Shown one piece after another: positions 1 to 16,141 of a DNA stretch of 64,000 bases. Under the pieces are notes generated by a model, which saw only the letters and a list, made by a program, of their open reading frames with translations, ran no database searches and was not told the DNA's origin. Location of the stretch: assembly GCF_009914755.1 (NCBI RefSeq), contig NC_060928.1. The stretch is one strand, 5' to 3'. Numbering within the stretch: position 1 is the stretch's first letter; each line of letters opens with the position of its first letter. A program made the translations under genes and the position numbers. This stretch comes from the human T2T-CHM13v2.0 reference genome, Homo sapiens.

Positions 1-1184
1 TGAAACACAAACAAAAAAACAAAATGGAAGCAAAAAACTTTTGCTAAGAATCCAAAAAAAATTTACAAAATTGAAAGCACTTATAAAAATGCTATGTATG
101 TATACAAAATCCCTGAGGTAGCTTTACCCTTTCACTCAACACACTTTCCCATAATCCCTGGTGTAACTCTCTTCCCAGCTCTATTATAAGCTACATCATG
201 GAGCTGAAGCAAGTATTATTTGTCTTTATTTCCTTTAACCTATAGTATATATTAGGGTATCAATAAACATAAGTTAACTAAATGAATTTTAAAAAGTAGT
301 CAATAAAAGAGAAATTATTTTGTGTATGAGGTCTTTGAGCAGAAATCTAAGTTATGGCCTTGAGAAGCATGTGAAATCACTACGAAGTCTTAAGAAGCAG
401 ACAGACGTATAGTGAATCAGCTAAGGGAGACTGGCTAAGCCTGTGAAATTCACTGTCAGGAATATTTTCATCGAGGTTATTGAGTAAACTAAAATTGGTC
501 AGCTAAAAGATGATCAATATTTAGAGAAAATGAAGAAATACTGTCTTTTTTAAAAGACTGCAACTATAAAGAATTATAGGAAAAACAGCTGCAACTGCCC
601 AACTTGCAATTTTCAACTTACATTTGTAATCAGTTTATACAGTAATGAAGAGTGACTGATACTCTTATGGAGGGTCTAATGGTCATAGGAAATTTTATTC
701 CCTCTTCTATTCAATGACTCAGGATTGTTTTCTTCCATTTCTTCAAAATTCCTCATATCTACTGAAATGCTCTAGGATTTCCAGTCCTAAGTTCACCCCT
801 TGTCTGAGATAATTTCTTCTATGGCAGAATTTGTGAATTAAAAAAAAAATCAACCCTTTGATTTATCCTCACTGTGCCTTGATTACAAATGAAGTTGAGC
901 ACTTTCTCAACTCTTCATGAGCCACTTTTATTTCCTTTTCTGTAAAACCCGCAATCATTTATTTTGCCTATTTTCCTGCTTGCTTCTTTTTGTTGTTCTT
1001 CTTGATTCATAGTATTTGTTAAATTTTTAGGATATTAAACCTTATTGGAATTGGATGTTGCAAATATCTTCTCCCAAATTTCGATTTGTGGCTTCCTTCC
1101 CTTTTTCCCTGCCTCCTGCCACCACATAAAGTTGCGGTTTGTGTGTTTCAATGAAGAGAAGTGGCTTCCCCCCTTCTCAGAGGA

Positions 1185-4100
1185 AGGTTCAGGATTCAGG
1201 GGGTACATGGGCAGGTTTGTTACATGGGCAAATTGTGTGTAACTGATGTTTGGTGCACTGAGGTTTGGTGCACAAATGACCCTATCACTTTGGTAGTGAG
1301 CATAGTACCCAATAGGTAGTTTTTCAACTTTTGCCCCTTTCCTCCCTTCCCCTGGGTAACCCCCAGTGTCCAGTGTCTATTATTCCCATGTTTATGTCCA
1401 TGTGTAGTCCATGTTTAGCTCCCACTTATAAGCGAGAACATGTGGTATTTGGTTTCCTTTCCCTGTGTTAATTTGCTTAGGATATTGGCCTCCAGCCGCA
1501 TCCATTTGCTGCAAAGGACATTACTTCATTCTTTTTTATGGCTCCATAGTATTCCATGGTGTATATGTACCACATTTTCTTTATCCAGTCCATTGTTGAT
1601 GGACATCGAGGTTGATTCCATGTCTTTGCTATTGTGAATAGTGCTGATATAAACACATAAGTGTGAGTGCATGTGTCTTTTTGGTGGAACAATTTATTTT
1701 GTGGCAGGGGGCGGGCATACCCAGTAATAGCGTTGCTGGGTCAAATGGTAGCTCTGGTTTTAAGTTATTTGAGAAATACCCAAACTGCTTTCCACAATGG
1801 CTGAACTAATTTACATTCCCGCCAACAGTATATAAGCATCCCCTTTTCTCCACAACCTTGACAATATTGGTTATTTATTGTCATTTGAATAATAGCCATT
1901 CCGACTGTTGTGAGATATTATCTCCTTGTAGTTTTGATTTGCATTTCTCTAATGACTAGTGATGTTGAGCATTTTTTAAATATATTTGTTGGCTGCATAT
2001 ATGCCTCCTTTGAGAAGTGTCTGTTCATGTCTTTTGCCCAATTTTAATGAGTTGATTTATTTTTCTGTTTAATTGTTTAAATTCCTTATAAATTCTGAAT
2101 ACTAGACCTTGGTCAAATGCATAGTTTCAAATATTTTCTCTCATTCTGTAGGTTGTGTATTTACTCTGTGGATAGTTTCTTTTGATGTGCAGAAGCTCTT
2201 TAATTAGTTTCCAGCTGTCAATTTTTGTTTTTGCTGCAATTGCTTTTGATGACTTAGCCAAAAATTCTTTGTCAAGGCCAATGTCAAGAAGGGTATTTTC
2301 TAGGGTTTTTTTCTAAAATGTTTATAGTTTGAGATTTTATAGTTAAATTTTTAATCCATCTTGAGTTAATTTTTGTCTATAGTAAAATGTAAGGATACAG
2401 CTTGATTCTTCCCCATATGAGTAGCCTGTTTTCTCAGCACCAATTATTGAATAGGGAGTCCTTTTCCCATTGCTTGTTTTTGTCACCCTTGTCAAAGATC
2501 AGATGGTTATAGTTGTGTGGCTTTATTTCTGGGTTTTCCATCTTGTTCCTTTGTTCTATGTGTCTGTTTTCGTACCAGTACCATGCTGTTTTGGTTACAG
2601 TAACTGTATTAAGGTTCTCCAGAGGGATGGAAGTAATAGAATACATGTATATATGAAAGGGAGTTTATTAGAGAGAATTGGCTCACATGATTACTAGGTG
2701 AAGTTCCACAATAGGCTGCCTGCAAGCTGGGGAAGAGAGAAGCCCGTAGTGGCTCAGTTGGAATCTGAAAGCCTCAAAACCAAGGAAGTTGAGGGTGCAG
2801 CCTTCAGTCTGTGACAGAAGGCCCAAAAGGCCCAGGTAAGACTCTGGCAAGTCTGAGTCCAAAGGCTGAAGAACCAGAAGTCTGATGTTTAAGGGCAGGA
2901 GGAGTGGAAGGAAGCATCCAGCACAGGAAAAAGAAGGAAACCAGAAAATTCAGCTAGCAAGGTTATCCCACCTTCTCCACCTGCTCTGTTCTACCCGTGC
3001 TGGCAGCAGATTGCATGGTGCCCATATACATTGAGGGTGAGTCATCCCTTCCCAGTCTGCCAACCCAAATGTCAATCTCCTCTAGCAACATTCTTACAGA
3101 CACACTAGAAACAATACTTTACCAGCCATCTATGCATCCTTCAATCCAATCAGGTTGACACCTAATATTAACCATCACAGTAACCTTATAGTTTAGTTTG
3201 AAGTCAGTTAGCGTAGTGCCCCCAGCTTTGTTCTTTTTGCTTAGAATTGCTTTGGCTATTTGTTATCTTTTTTGCTTCCATGTGAATTTTAGAATAGTTT
3301 TTTCCTAATTCTGTGAAAAATAACATTGTTGGTTTCATAGGAATAGTGTTGAATTGTAGATTGCTTTGGGCATTATGGCCATTTTAATGATATTGATTAT
3401 TCTGATCCTTGAGCATGGGATGTTTTTCTATTTGTTTGTATGATCTATCATTTATTTCACCAGAGTCTTACAGCTCTCCTTGTAGAGACCCTTCACGTTC
3501 TTGGTTAGATGTATTCCAAAATATTTTATTTCTATTGTGGCTACTGAAAATAGGATTGTGTTTTGATTTGGTTCTCAGCTTGAATGTTATTGATGTATAG
3601 AAATGCTACTAATTTTGAACACTGATTTTGTATACTGAAACTTTTTTGAAGTCGTTTATCAGCTCTAGAAGCCTTTCCATGGAGTCTTTAGGGATTTCTA
3701 GGTATAGTGTCATATCATCAACATAAAAATAATTTGACTTCTTTTCCTATTTGAATGCTTTATATTTTTTTCTCTTGCCTGGTTGCTTTGGATAGGGCTT
3801 CTATTACTATGTTGAATAGGAGTGGTGGAAGTGGGCATCCTTATCTTATTCTAGTTCTTAAGGAGAATGCTTCCAGTTTTTGCCTATTCTATATAACGTT
3901 GGCTGTGAGTTTATCCTAGATGATTCATATTGTTTTATGTTCCTTCGATGCCTAGTTTGATGAGGGTTTTTATTATGAAGGGATGTCGATGTTATAAAAA
4001 GTTTTTCTGCATCTATTGAAATGATAATATGATTTTGGCTTCTAATTCTGTTTATTTGGTGAAACACGTTTATTGATTTGTGTATGATGAACCAGCCTTG

Positions 4101-7100
4101 AATCCCAGGAGCTTAATTGATTACGGTGAATTAACTTTTTGATGTACTGCTGGATTTGGTTTGCTTATATTTGGTTGAGGATTTTTGCATCTATGTTGAG
4201 CAGAGATATTGACCAGTAGTTCTCTTTTTTTGTTGAGTCTTTGCCAGATTTTGGTATCAGAGTGATGCTGGCTTCATAGAACAGGTTAGGGAGGAGTCCC
4301 TTCTCTATTTTTAAAAATAGTTTCAGTAGGATTGATACAAGCTCTTCTTTGTCTGGTGCAATTTGGCTGTGAATACAACTGATCCAGGATTCTTTCCTGC
4401 CGGTAGTTTTTTTACTGATTCAATTTCAGATCCTGATATTGGTCTGCTCAGGGTTTTGATTTCTTCCTGCTTACTCTTGGGAAGTTGTGGGTTTCCAAGA
4501 ATTTTTCCATTTCCTATAGATTTTCTAGTTTGTGTGCATAGACATGTTCACCTAATGGGCTCTGAGGATCTTTATATTTCTGTGGGATCAGTTGTAATGT
4601 TAACTTTGTCCTTTCTGATCGTGCTTATTTTGTTCTTTTTTGTTGTTGTTAATCTAGATGGCAGTTATCAGTCTATTGATTTTTTTAAATAACCAGTTTT
4701 TGTTTTTGATGATCATTTTATGGATTTGGGGGGTCTCAATTTCATTCAGTTCTACTCTAATTTTGGTTGTTTCTTTCTTTCTGCCTGTTTTGGGGTTAGT
4801 TTGTTCTTGTTTTTCTAGTTCCTCTAGGTGTGGTATTAGATAGTTAATTTGAGATCGTTCTGAGGTGTTTTTTTGTTTGTTTGTTTGCATTCCAGTAAGT
4901 TTCCCAGTTTCTAACTTCTTGATGTAGGCATTTAATGCTATAAACTTTCCTCTTAACACTGCTTTAACTATATCCCAGAGATTTTGGTTTTCATTTATTT
5001 TAAAGAATTTTTTAAACTTCTGCTTAATTTTGTTGTTTACTCAAAAGTCATTCAGGAGCAAGTTGTTTAATTTCCATGTATTTTGTGGTTTTGAGGAATT
5101 TTCTTGGTACTGATTTATAATTTTATTGTACAGTGGTCTGAAGGTATGGTTGGTATGATTTTGATTAATTTGAATTGATTAAGACTTGCTTTATGGCTGA
5201 GCATGTGGTCAATCTTAGAGTATATTCCATGTGCAGATGAGAAGAATGTGTATTCTGTGGTTAATGGGTGGAGTATTCTGGAGATATTTATTAGATCCAG
5301 TTGATCAGCAGTCAAATTTAGGTCCAGGGCTTATAAGTTTTCTGCCTTGATAATTTGTCTAATACTGACAGGGGGTTTTGCAGTCCCCCACTATTATTTT
5401 GTGACTAAGTCTTTCCATAGGTCTAGGAATACTTGTTTTATGAATCTGGGTGCTCCACTGTTAGGTCTATATGTATTTAGTATAGCGAAATCATTTTGTT
5501 GGGTTGAAGCCTTTATCATTATTTAGTACTATTTTTTGTCCCTTTATTCTTGATTTAAAGTGTGCTTTATCTGACATAAAAAGAGCGACCTCTGCTCGTT
5601 TTTGTTTTCCATTTGAGTGACAGATTTTTCTCCAATATTTTACTTTGAGCCTACAGGTATTGTTACATGTGAGATGGTTTTCTTGAAGACAATAGAGGGA
5701 TGGGTCATGGTATTTTTTGTGTTTTAATCCAACTTGCTACTCAATTCTTTAAAGTGGGCATTAAGGCTATTTACATTCAGGGTTAATATTGATATGTGAG
5801 GCTTTGATTCTATCATATAATTGTTAAGCTTGTTATTTTGCACTTCCTATTGGGTAGTTGCTTTAAAGGATCTGTGGGCTATGCACTTAGTTGTGGTTTT
5901 GTGGTAGCAGATATTGCTCTTCCATCGTCATGTTTAGAACTCACTTAAGGATCTCTTGTAAGGCTAGTTTAGTGGTAATAAATTTCCTTAGTGATTATTT
6001 GTCTAAAAAAGATTTTATTTCTCCTTCACTTGTGAAGCTTAGTTTGGCAGGGTAGGAAATTCTTTGTTGGAGTTCCTTTTCTTTGAGAATGCTGAAAATA
6101 GGCTACCAGTGTCTTCTGACTTGTAGATTTCTGCTGATAAGCCCACTGTTAACCTGATGGGGTTCTCTTTGTATGTGATCTGACCTTTTTCTCTAGCTGC
6201 CTTTCAGATTTATTGTTTACCATTGACCTTACACAGTCTGGTGACTATATGCCTTGGTGATGTTCGTTTTGTATAGTATCTGGCAGGTGTTCTCTGGATT
6301 ACTTTTATCTGGATGTCTACCTCTCTAGTAATATTAGAGATTTTCTGGAATTATTTACTCAAATACACTTTCCAGGTTATTTTTTTTCTCGTTCTCTCTC
6401 AGGAATGCCAATAATTCATAGCTTTGGTCACTTTGCATAATCCCATATTTCTCTGAGACTTTGTTCATTTCTTAAAAAATTATGTTTTTTTGTCTGACTG
6501 GATTAGTTCAAAAGACAATCTTCAAACTCTGAAATTCTTTCTTCTGCTTGGTCTAGTCTATTAATAAAGCTTTCAATTGTATTTTGAAATTCCTTAACGG
6601 AGCTTTTCAGCTTCAGTAGCTCTGATTGATCTTTTAAAGATGTTTACTTCTTTTATTTCCTGGATTGCTTTACAAATTTCTTTGTGTTGATTTTCAATCT
6701 TATCTTGGATCTTATTGAGTTTTCCTGCAATCCATGCATTGAATTCTCCATCTGTCATCTCTATGCCTCCATTTTGGCTACAGATCTTTGTTGGGAGTCA
6801 GAGTAAGCCTTTGGTGATGTCACAACATTTATTTTTCATTACGGCAGAATTCTTTTCTGATTCCTTCTCATCTCGAGAAGGCTGTGTTGGGCAGGGATTT
6901 TTTTGCTTTGTTTCTATAGTCCTGTGTATTTCTGTCAACAGGTTTTCTATTGAGCTGTGTGGTTCACCCTATGGGCCAAAAGATGGTGTTTATAGGTAAG
7001 AGCCAGCTGCTGCACAAGCAGGTGTGTGTGGACTTGATCTTTGTTTACTATGAGGTGCTCTCTGTTGTTTCAGGTGAAGGGTTGGACAGTGGGGTGCCTG

Positions 7101-7410
7101 GTAGCCTGACCTCCCTTTTCTGTGGGAGAGGACATAGCTGGGTAGAGCTAGAACCCCTGGCTTAGCCACAAATATCCCAATGGCAAGTCCACACACCAGT
7201 CCTGATGAGGGTGTCTGGGAGGAACTCCTGGTGAAGTGTACTGAGGTGTCTGTGGTGGGAGGGAAGTGAGGGGGCTCTACTAGCTCCCCATCTTAGATAG
7301 GTAGGCACACAATCTGTTACTCTATCACACCCTTGTTCCAGGGCTTGTGATTCCTAGTTCAGATGCACATTGTAGTCTATCCAGACCACAATGTGGTTGA
7401 GAGCCACAAG
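1185..7410 (-). mobile_element. Near full-length old primate LINE-1 (L1PA15-17/L1PB-like), degraded, interrupted by an MLT2A LTR
   Basis: The L1 3' UTR reverse complement starts at ~1190 (gggtacatgggcaggtttgttacatgggcaaattg). Minus-strand ORF2 peptides appear in the ORF track ([47 protein letters not shown]). ORF1-like sequence at ~6000-6800 and a GC-richer 5' UTR-like part to ~7400. Ends approximate. Confidence 0.9.
2605..3179 (-). mobile_element. MLT2A (probably MLT2A2) ERVL solo LTR inserted in L1 ORF2
   Basis: Minus strand begins TGTGATGGTTAATATTAGGTGTCAACCTGATTGGATTGAAGGATGC and ends ...TAATACA. Exact 5-bp TSD GTAAC at 2600-2604 and 3180-3184. The L1 sequence resumes colinearly. Confidence 0.92.
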
Positions 7411-7419
7411 GAAAGCTTT

Positions 7420-9750
7420 TTGTCTCATTTAGCATTATGGTAGATTACGCTAGGAGAATTTTCTATTGTTAAAAACCCTGAAGTGACATCATCTTGATCA
7501 TGATTTATTATTTTTATATAATGCTAGTTTCAATTAGTTGATTTTCTTTTAAATTTCTTTTTCTGTTTCCAAGTGAATGTAGTCTCTAATTTTCCTTGTC
7601 TGTACTATCCATATCAGTTCTGAGGACCAAAGTTAGACTATGTTCATAAAATGAGTTAAGGAGTGTTTCTACATTTTCTACAATGTAGAACATTTTGTGT
7701 AAGATTTGATAAATTTGCTGATTGAATAATTGATATATTTTATTGGTAGAAGTATCTTTTATTGGTGAAAGCATCTTTATGGAAAGTTTTTTGGGATGAT
7801 GCTTTTTAACTCATTTGATTATTTAACTGTTATTTGATTTATTTAATTGGTTTTCTATGTCTTTTAAAGTTTTTATGTAATCTTTTTTCTAGGAATTTGC
7901 CCATTTTATTTAAGTTTTGAATTTTATTTGCACAAAGCTATTCAAAAATTAATGTTACTGATGATACAATGCACATATAATATATATATAACAAAATACT
8001 TACATACCATTTACTATGTGCTAATGCTATTCTAACTGCTACCATTACCATATATTAACTTATTTAATCTCAACACTATTTATTGATACAGATTCTGTTA
8101 TTTTCCCTTTTTTATAGGTGGTGTAAATGAACCAGAGAAAGATCAACTAACTTGACTATGAAGTCACTGTTAATAAGTTGTGGAGTTTAGATATAAACAC
8201 ACCCAATCTGATCAGGGGATCTGGACTCATAACTGTATACATTACATGACCTCTTACTCACTACAAATGCAGTCGTAGTTATGTGCTCTTTTTCTTTGCT
8301 AAAATCATTTATTTATGTCTACATCCTTCGTGTCTTGATCAACCTTGCCAGTGGTTTGTCAATTTTATTAGATTTTTTTCAAGCATCCATATTTGCTTTT
8401 TTCATCTTTTTCACCATACATTAGCTTATCATTAATTTCTTTTACTTATTATTTTATATCTATAATTTATTTCCTCCTAATTTATTTTGGATGATAATTC
8501 TTCTGTTTTCCTGTTCTGAACTTAGTAAGATGGTTACTTAGAAAACTAATGTTTTTCTTTCTATTATAAGGATTCATGCTATATATGTTTTATTCTACCA
8601 AGTTCTAAAAATTTTCACCTGTGTATCACAAGTTTTTAAATGTAGGGTTTTCATTATTATTTCATTCTAAGCATTTTTCACCAGTATGATTTTTTAAAGC
8701 TATTTGTTAGTTTATAATGTCTTCCTAAATTTTTTAACTTGGCTTGTTTCTGCTTAGTTTTATGTGTTTTTTGTTGTTTAGTTTCAGCTTAATTTGTTTG
8801 TTGTTAGAGAACATTATTGCCATGATGATTGCTGAGTTTTACTTTATAGCCCAGTATATGTTCAAAGTTTAGTACAGTATGTGTTTAAAAATAATACACA
8901 CTTTGCAGTTTTTGAATGAAAAGTTTTATGTGACTTACTTAGATCTAACTTGTTTTGTTGACTGAAACTTCTGTGCTATTACTTGAAACTTTTATTTGCT
9001 TTATCTATCTAATTTTGAGATAGGCATTTTTAAATTTCTCCACAATGATTATGAACTTTTATATTTTTCTTTGTAGTGCTATTATTTTTGCTTTATTGTT
9101 TTAAGGCTACGTTACTTATTGCATTGGAGATTGAAACTTATATTTCCCTGGTAAATACATCTTTTAATAATTATTCTTTGCTCTCTTTATTACCAGACAT
9201 GCTTTGAAAATTTTAAACATCTTTTTAAACTCTAATATGGCTTCATCAGCTTACTAGAAGCCATGCCCTCCATTATTTTTTTAGTAGTTTTGTAATCAGT
9301 GAAAATGCTGATTTTAGTTATCAAGATCTAAAATTAATCAGTGTATTACCCTCCTTGTGAATAATCAAACACAATTCTAAATGTATATTCACTCTTCTCA
9401 TAAATTAAGTTTAACCTTAAAATTAATATTATTAGTTTAAAAAGTCAAAGCTGACTAATACTTTTCTCACTTTTTTTTAAATTATTTCTCCTTGCATCCA
9501 GACTGTCATCTGGTAACATTAAACATGTATTATATTAAATATATCTTTAAATTTTTTTCTTAATGAGATACCCTTGGTTGTAAAGTCTCAATCTTGTTGA
9601 TTCAAAACTATCTTTAAGTCACCCTTGTCCTGTCCAAAGAAATATGTACTATGTAATGAATTCTAACTTGAAAGTTATTTTTGCTCACCACACTAAAGAT
9701 AATAATCCTTTTTTCTGGCTTCTAGATTACTACTGCAATTCTTGGAGTAT
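7420..9750 (-). mobile_element. Highly degraded L1M fragments
   Basis: T-rich strand bias and a residual ORF2-like peptide (7586-7774 minus: LLNSFYEHSLTLVLRTDMDSTDKEN, resembling [25 protein letters not shown]). Boundaries approximate. Confidence 0.65.
8000..8240 (-). mobile_element. MIR SINE remnant
   Basis: catttactatgtgctaatgctattcta...ttatttaatctcaacac...attttcccttttttataggtg resembles the reverse complement of the MIR core. Confidence 0.65.
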
Positions 9751-9896
9751 TTTTCTTTCTCTCATCTTCATATAGTCTTATATTCCTGAATCAGTGAACC
9801 ATCAGTGGAGAGCGAAACAAAACTATCACTTCAGGATGACAAAGTCACTATGGGCATTATAAGGATAGTCCAGTTATTTTCATTTTTGCTCTAATA

Positions 9897-10127
9897 CAAG
9901 GTTTCTCAATCCCAGCACGGTTGACATTTTGAACCAGCTAATTGTTTTTTATGTTGGAGGCTTCCTGTGCATTTAAGATGTTTAGCAGCATCTCTGGCCT
10001 CTATTCACTAGATGCCAGTAAATATCTCCATTCCAGTTGTAAAAAAACAATGTCTCCAAATATTGCCAAAAATCCTGTGTTTGCTAAGGAGGCGGGGGGC
10101 AAGGTGGAGGGGCAGGCAGCACTGCTG
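9897..10127. mobile_element. MER20 hAT-Charlie non-autonomous DNA transposon
   Basis: Diagnostic gatgtttagcagcatctctggcctctattcactagatgccagta. Exact 8-bp TSD CTCTAATA at 9889-9896 and 10128-10135. Confidence 0.88.
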
Positions 10128-10348
10128 CTCTAATACAAAGGACCTTATGGTTGGGAATAATTTCTTCTACATGTTCACATTAAGTTGACTTTCTACTCTA
10201 ATTTAGAATATTGTAAATTTTTGTATTGTTCTGTGTTTTTATAGATATTTTGGAGAAAAAACTACTTGCACCAAATGAAATAATGAGAGGCTATTTTAAA
10301 TCAAAATATCAGAGATATTTTAAATACTAAATTTTAAAAGTTACTAAT

Positions 10349-13216
<2,868 letters not shown>

Positions 13217-14177
13217 AAAAAGTTACTAATTTTTTAATTGAGTTTTACATCTATTCAAAGGTAATTGTTTCAAGGCTCATCTGGAAGAAGAAAATAAGAT
13301 ATGGCAAAAAGATTTAAAGCACATATTTTTGTTTTTTTCCTGGTACCCTTCAGTTGCTACTATAATAGCTGATAGGCTTTCTTGTTAAATCATTCTTTTT
13401 CTTAGTGAATAATTCTTGTTATTAAGTAATTTAAATACTCTTTGTTTCATTTTAGAGTAATTACAATGAGCTGGCACAAAAGGTATTTTTCAGGATGCTC
13501 ATCATGCACTTATCAATAGAAAAGTAAAGTGTAAAAGGAATTCAGCAATGTGGTTCCTAAAGATACTTTATCATGTTCAAAAGTTGGACAGGAAAGAGTC
13601 GACTGCACTCTAGCAATGTGAGCTGATAAGGAAAATATTCTTTAAGAGATTACATTCTTTCTTCTCAATCACATTTAAATGAGTAAGTTTACAAGTAGAA
13701 TGCTAGGCTAAGGGTCAGGGTGTTTCATGACCTGTTCCTTTTTCTGATAAATGTAAGATTAAGTTCCTGCCTTCATAAAAACTATTAAGTGGTTTTATGA
13801 CATTTTCTTAATTCTGTGAGTATTTTATGTTTTAGTAAATATTGCCTTCACTTTAGGGGAAAAACATAAAGTGGACTCACATGGATTAGCAAGAATTCTG
13901 GCCTGAATAATGACAGTTGTGAATTATAGCAAATTTCTTAGACAAATGCAGTGATTTACTCTAAAGAACTGTTGACTGGATATGGAGTAGCAAAGCATTA
14001 CCTGGGTGATTCTTGTAGGCTCTGATAGACAAAAAAATGAAAATGATTTCCAAATGACCTATCCTTAATATATGAATAACTGAATATTTCTGAAGTACTT
14101 TAAAATGCTTAAAAATTTCATATTTGCTTATGAAGTTTGAATATTTCTCTGAAATTTTGATTCAAACTTGTAAGGAT

Positions 14178-14315
14178 ATGTGTGTATGTGTGTGTGTATA
14201 TGTGTCTATATACACACATACATATATAATCCTTCCAAGTTTATATATTCTCTCTATATATACATATATTACACACATACATATCTACACACATATGCAT
14301 ACACACACCCACACA
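14178..14315. repeat. (TG)n/(TA)n/(CA)n degenerate low-complexity tract
   Basis: Alternating purine-pyrimidine repeats visible directly. Confidence 0.8.
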
Positions 14316-14869
14316 AGCCATCACTTTACCATCAAGAAAACAAAAGCCTTTTATTTAATAACAGAACATATGTTCTTATTACCTTATTATTGTCTACCTC
14401 ACCACATCTTTCTTGTAGTATTAATTTTCTTAGCAAAAACTATGTATAAATACAAAAAAAATATAAATTTCATTACCATTTCTGCCCATGTTATCTCAAA
14501 TTCCTTTTCAGTGGTAACTTCTTTAAAAGAATAGTTTATTACATTATATGCCCATATATGTAAGGACAAAAATCAAAATATATTCAGTAATAGGCAGAGT
14601 ATAAATACTACTAATAAACAATTAAAGAATAGTCTAAAGTGCTTTTACAAGATTGAGCTCCCTAAATGTATTTGTTTAAAAATTTTTGAAACTTCTTACT
14701 TCCTAAAGTAAAACCTAACTATTTTTTCAACTAGCTTTTAAGATCCACCAAGATAAAGCTCCAAATCACTTCCTGGATCTTACCTCCCAATGTTCACCTT
14801 AGACATTCTGGTAAAAGCGAAGAACTATCAAGCTTTGGTACACTATCCTTGCCTTTACTCAGGCTGTTT

Positions 14870-15200
14870 TTTCCAATTGATATGTATTTTTCCCATGTTT
14901 CAGTTTCTAAATTTGACTCATCATTCAAGGCTAAAATCAGGTGTTATTTCGCAATATTGAAGCTTTTCTTAATCCTTCTAGATAGATTTAAAAAAAAAAT
15001 CCCTTTTCTCATCTAAACTCTCTTAATACCTTATATATGCATCTCATTTGCATAGTTATTTACAGGTGTTTTCCTTCACTGGCAAGACTGTAAAGTGTTA
15101 AAGGATAGGAGATATGTTTAACTAACTTTTTTATCATCAGAAGGGCAAATAGAAAGTCCTTAACAAATACTCAGGGTTGAAATATGAACAAAGAAATAGA
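14870..15200 (+). mobile_element. L2 3' remnant
   Basis: actcatcattcaaggctaaaatcaggtgtta...aagactgtaaagtgttaaaggatagga...aacaaatactc resembles the L2 3' end. Degraded. Confidence 0.5.
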
Positions 15201-15946
15201 TGCATAAATAAAGAGTTTACTTTAGTGATAAAGTTTACTTTAGTGACAAAAAGCAAAAATTCAATAGAGATGCTAAGGAAATGCTAATGTTATTATTTTC
15301 TGCACAGGAATTTTTTAGATTCTTAGAAGCAATAACTCCAGACTAAGTAATTTGCAAGATCAATGGCTTTCAAATCAGAGCTGTTGACTGAACCTTCACC
15401 AACACAATTATGAGTTTTCCAGTTAGTAGACACTCTTTTTTTTCATAGTAAGTGTACTCCTACCAACTGTTATGCCTTACCATGCCACCATTTCTGCCAA
15501 AAACAACACCTTCTACCAGTCCCCTGCTCCTCAGCTGTGCTGCTCCAAAACAATGTTTGCTCCTCATTAAAAATCTGCAAAGCCAACTGACCACACAGAG
15601 CCTAAACCAAGCTGGAAAAGAGACACATAAAATTTTATCTTGGTTACTCACACCACTTAGGGGTTGTACTGCTGCATCCCACACAATCTGCTGAGAGTCT
15701 TCTCAGGAGGTCGTAATAGCAGTCAAGCCATGTGATTGTGAGGGCTGCTACTGCTGTTACAAGGTTGTCGCAAAGTAAATAAATCACAACATTAATCAGT
15801 TGCAGCTTGTAAAGACCATGCAGCTGAAGAGGCACTTGTGCCACCTAACCCGTGTAAATTGGACCCATGGTTCTGGTCTATCTCCAAGGAATAAGCAAGG
15901 TTTTATAACCAGATGGGACTCTAAACAAAGAAATTGGCCACACTTC

Positions 15947-16141
15947 CTGTGGTGGGGTCGGGGGAGGGAGGAAGGACAGCATTAGGAGATATACCTAATG
16001 TAAATGACGAGTTAATAGGCGCAGCACACCAACACGGCACATGTATACATATGTAACAAACCTGCACGTTGTGCACATGTACCCTAGAACTTAAAGTATA
16101 ATAATAAAAAATAAATAAATAAAAATTAAAAATTAAAAAAA
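15947..16141 (+). mobile_element. Very short 5'-truncated L1PA4/5-like 3' end with poly(A)
   Basis: gcattaggagatatacctaatgtaaatgacgagttaa...ctagaacttaaagtataat followed by an A tail. Exact 14-bp TSD AAAGAAATTGGCCA at 15927-15940 and 16142-16155. Confidence 0.95.

Noticed and set aside
15214-15250. Short tandem duplications (also 1243-1273, 53470-53492)
   Set aside because: Common slippage events with no further structure.
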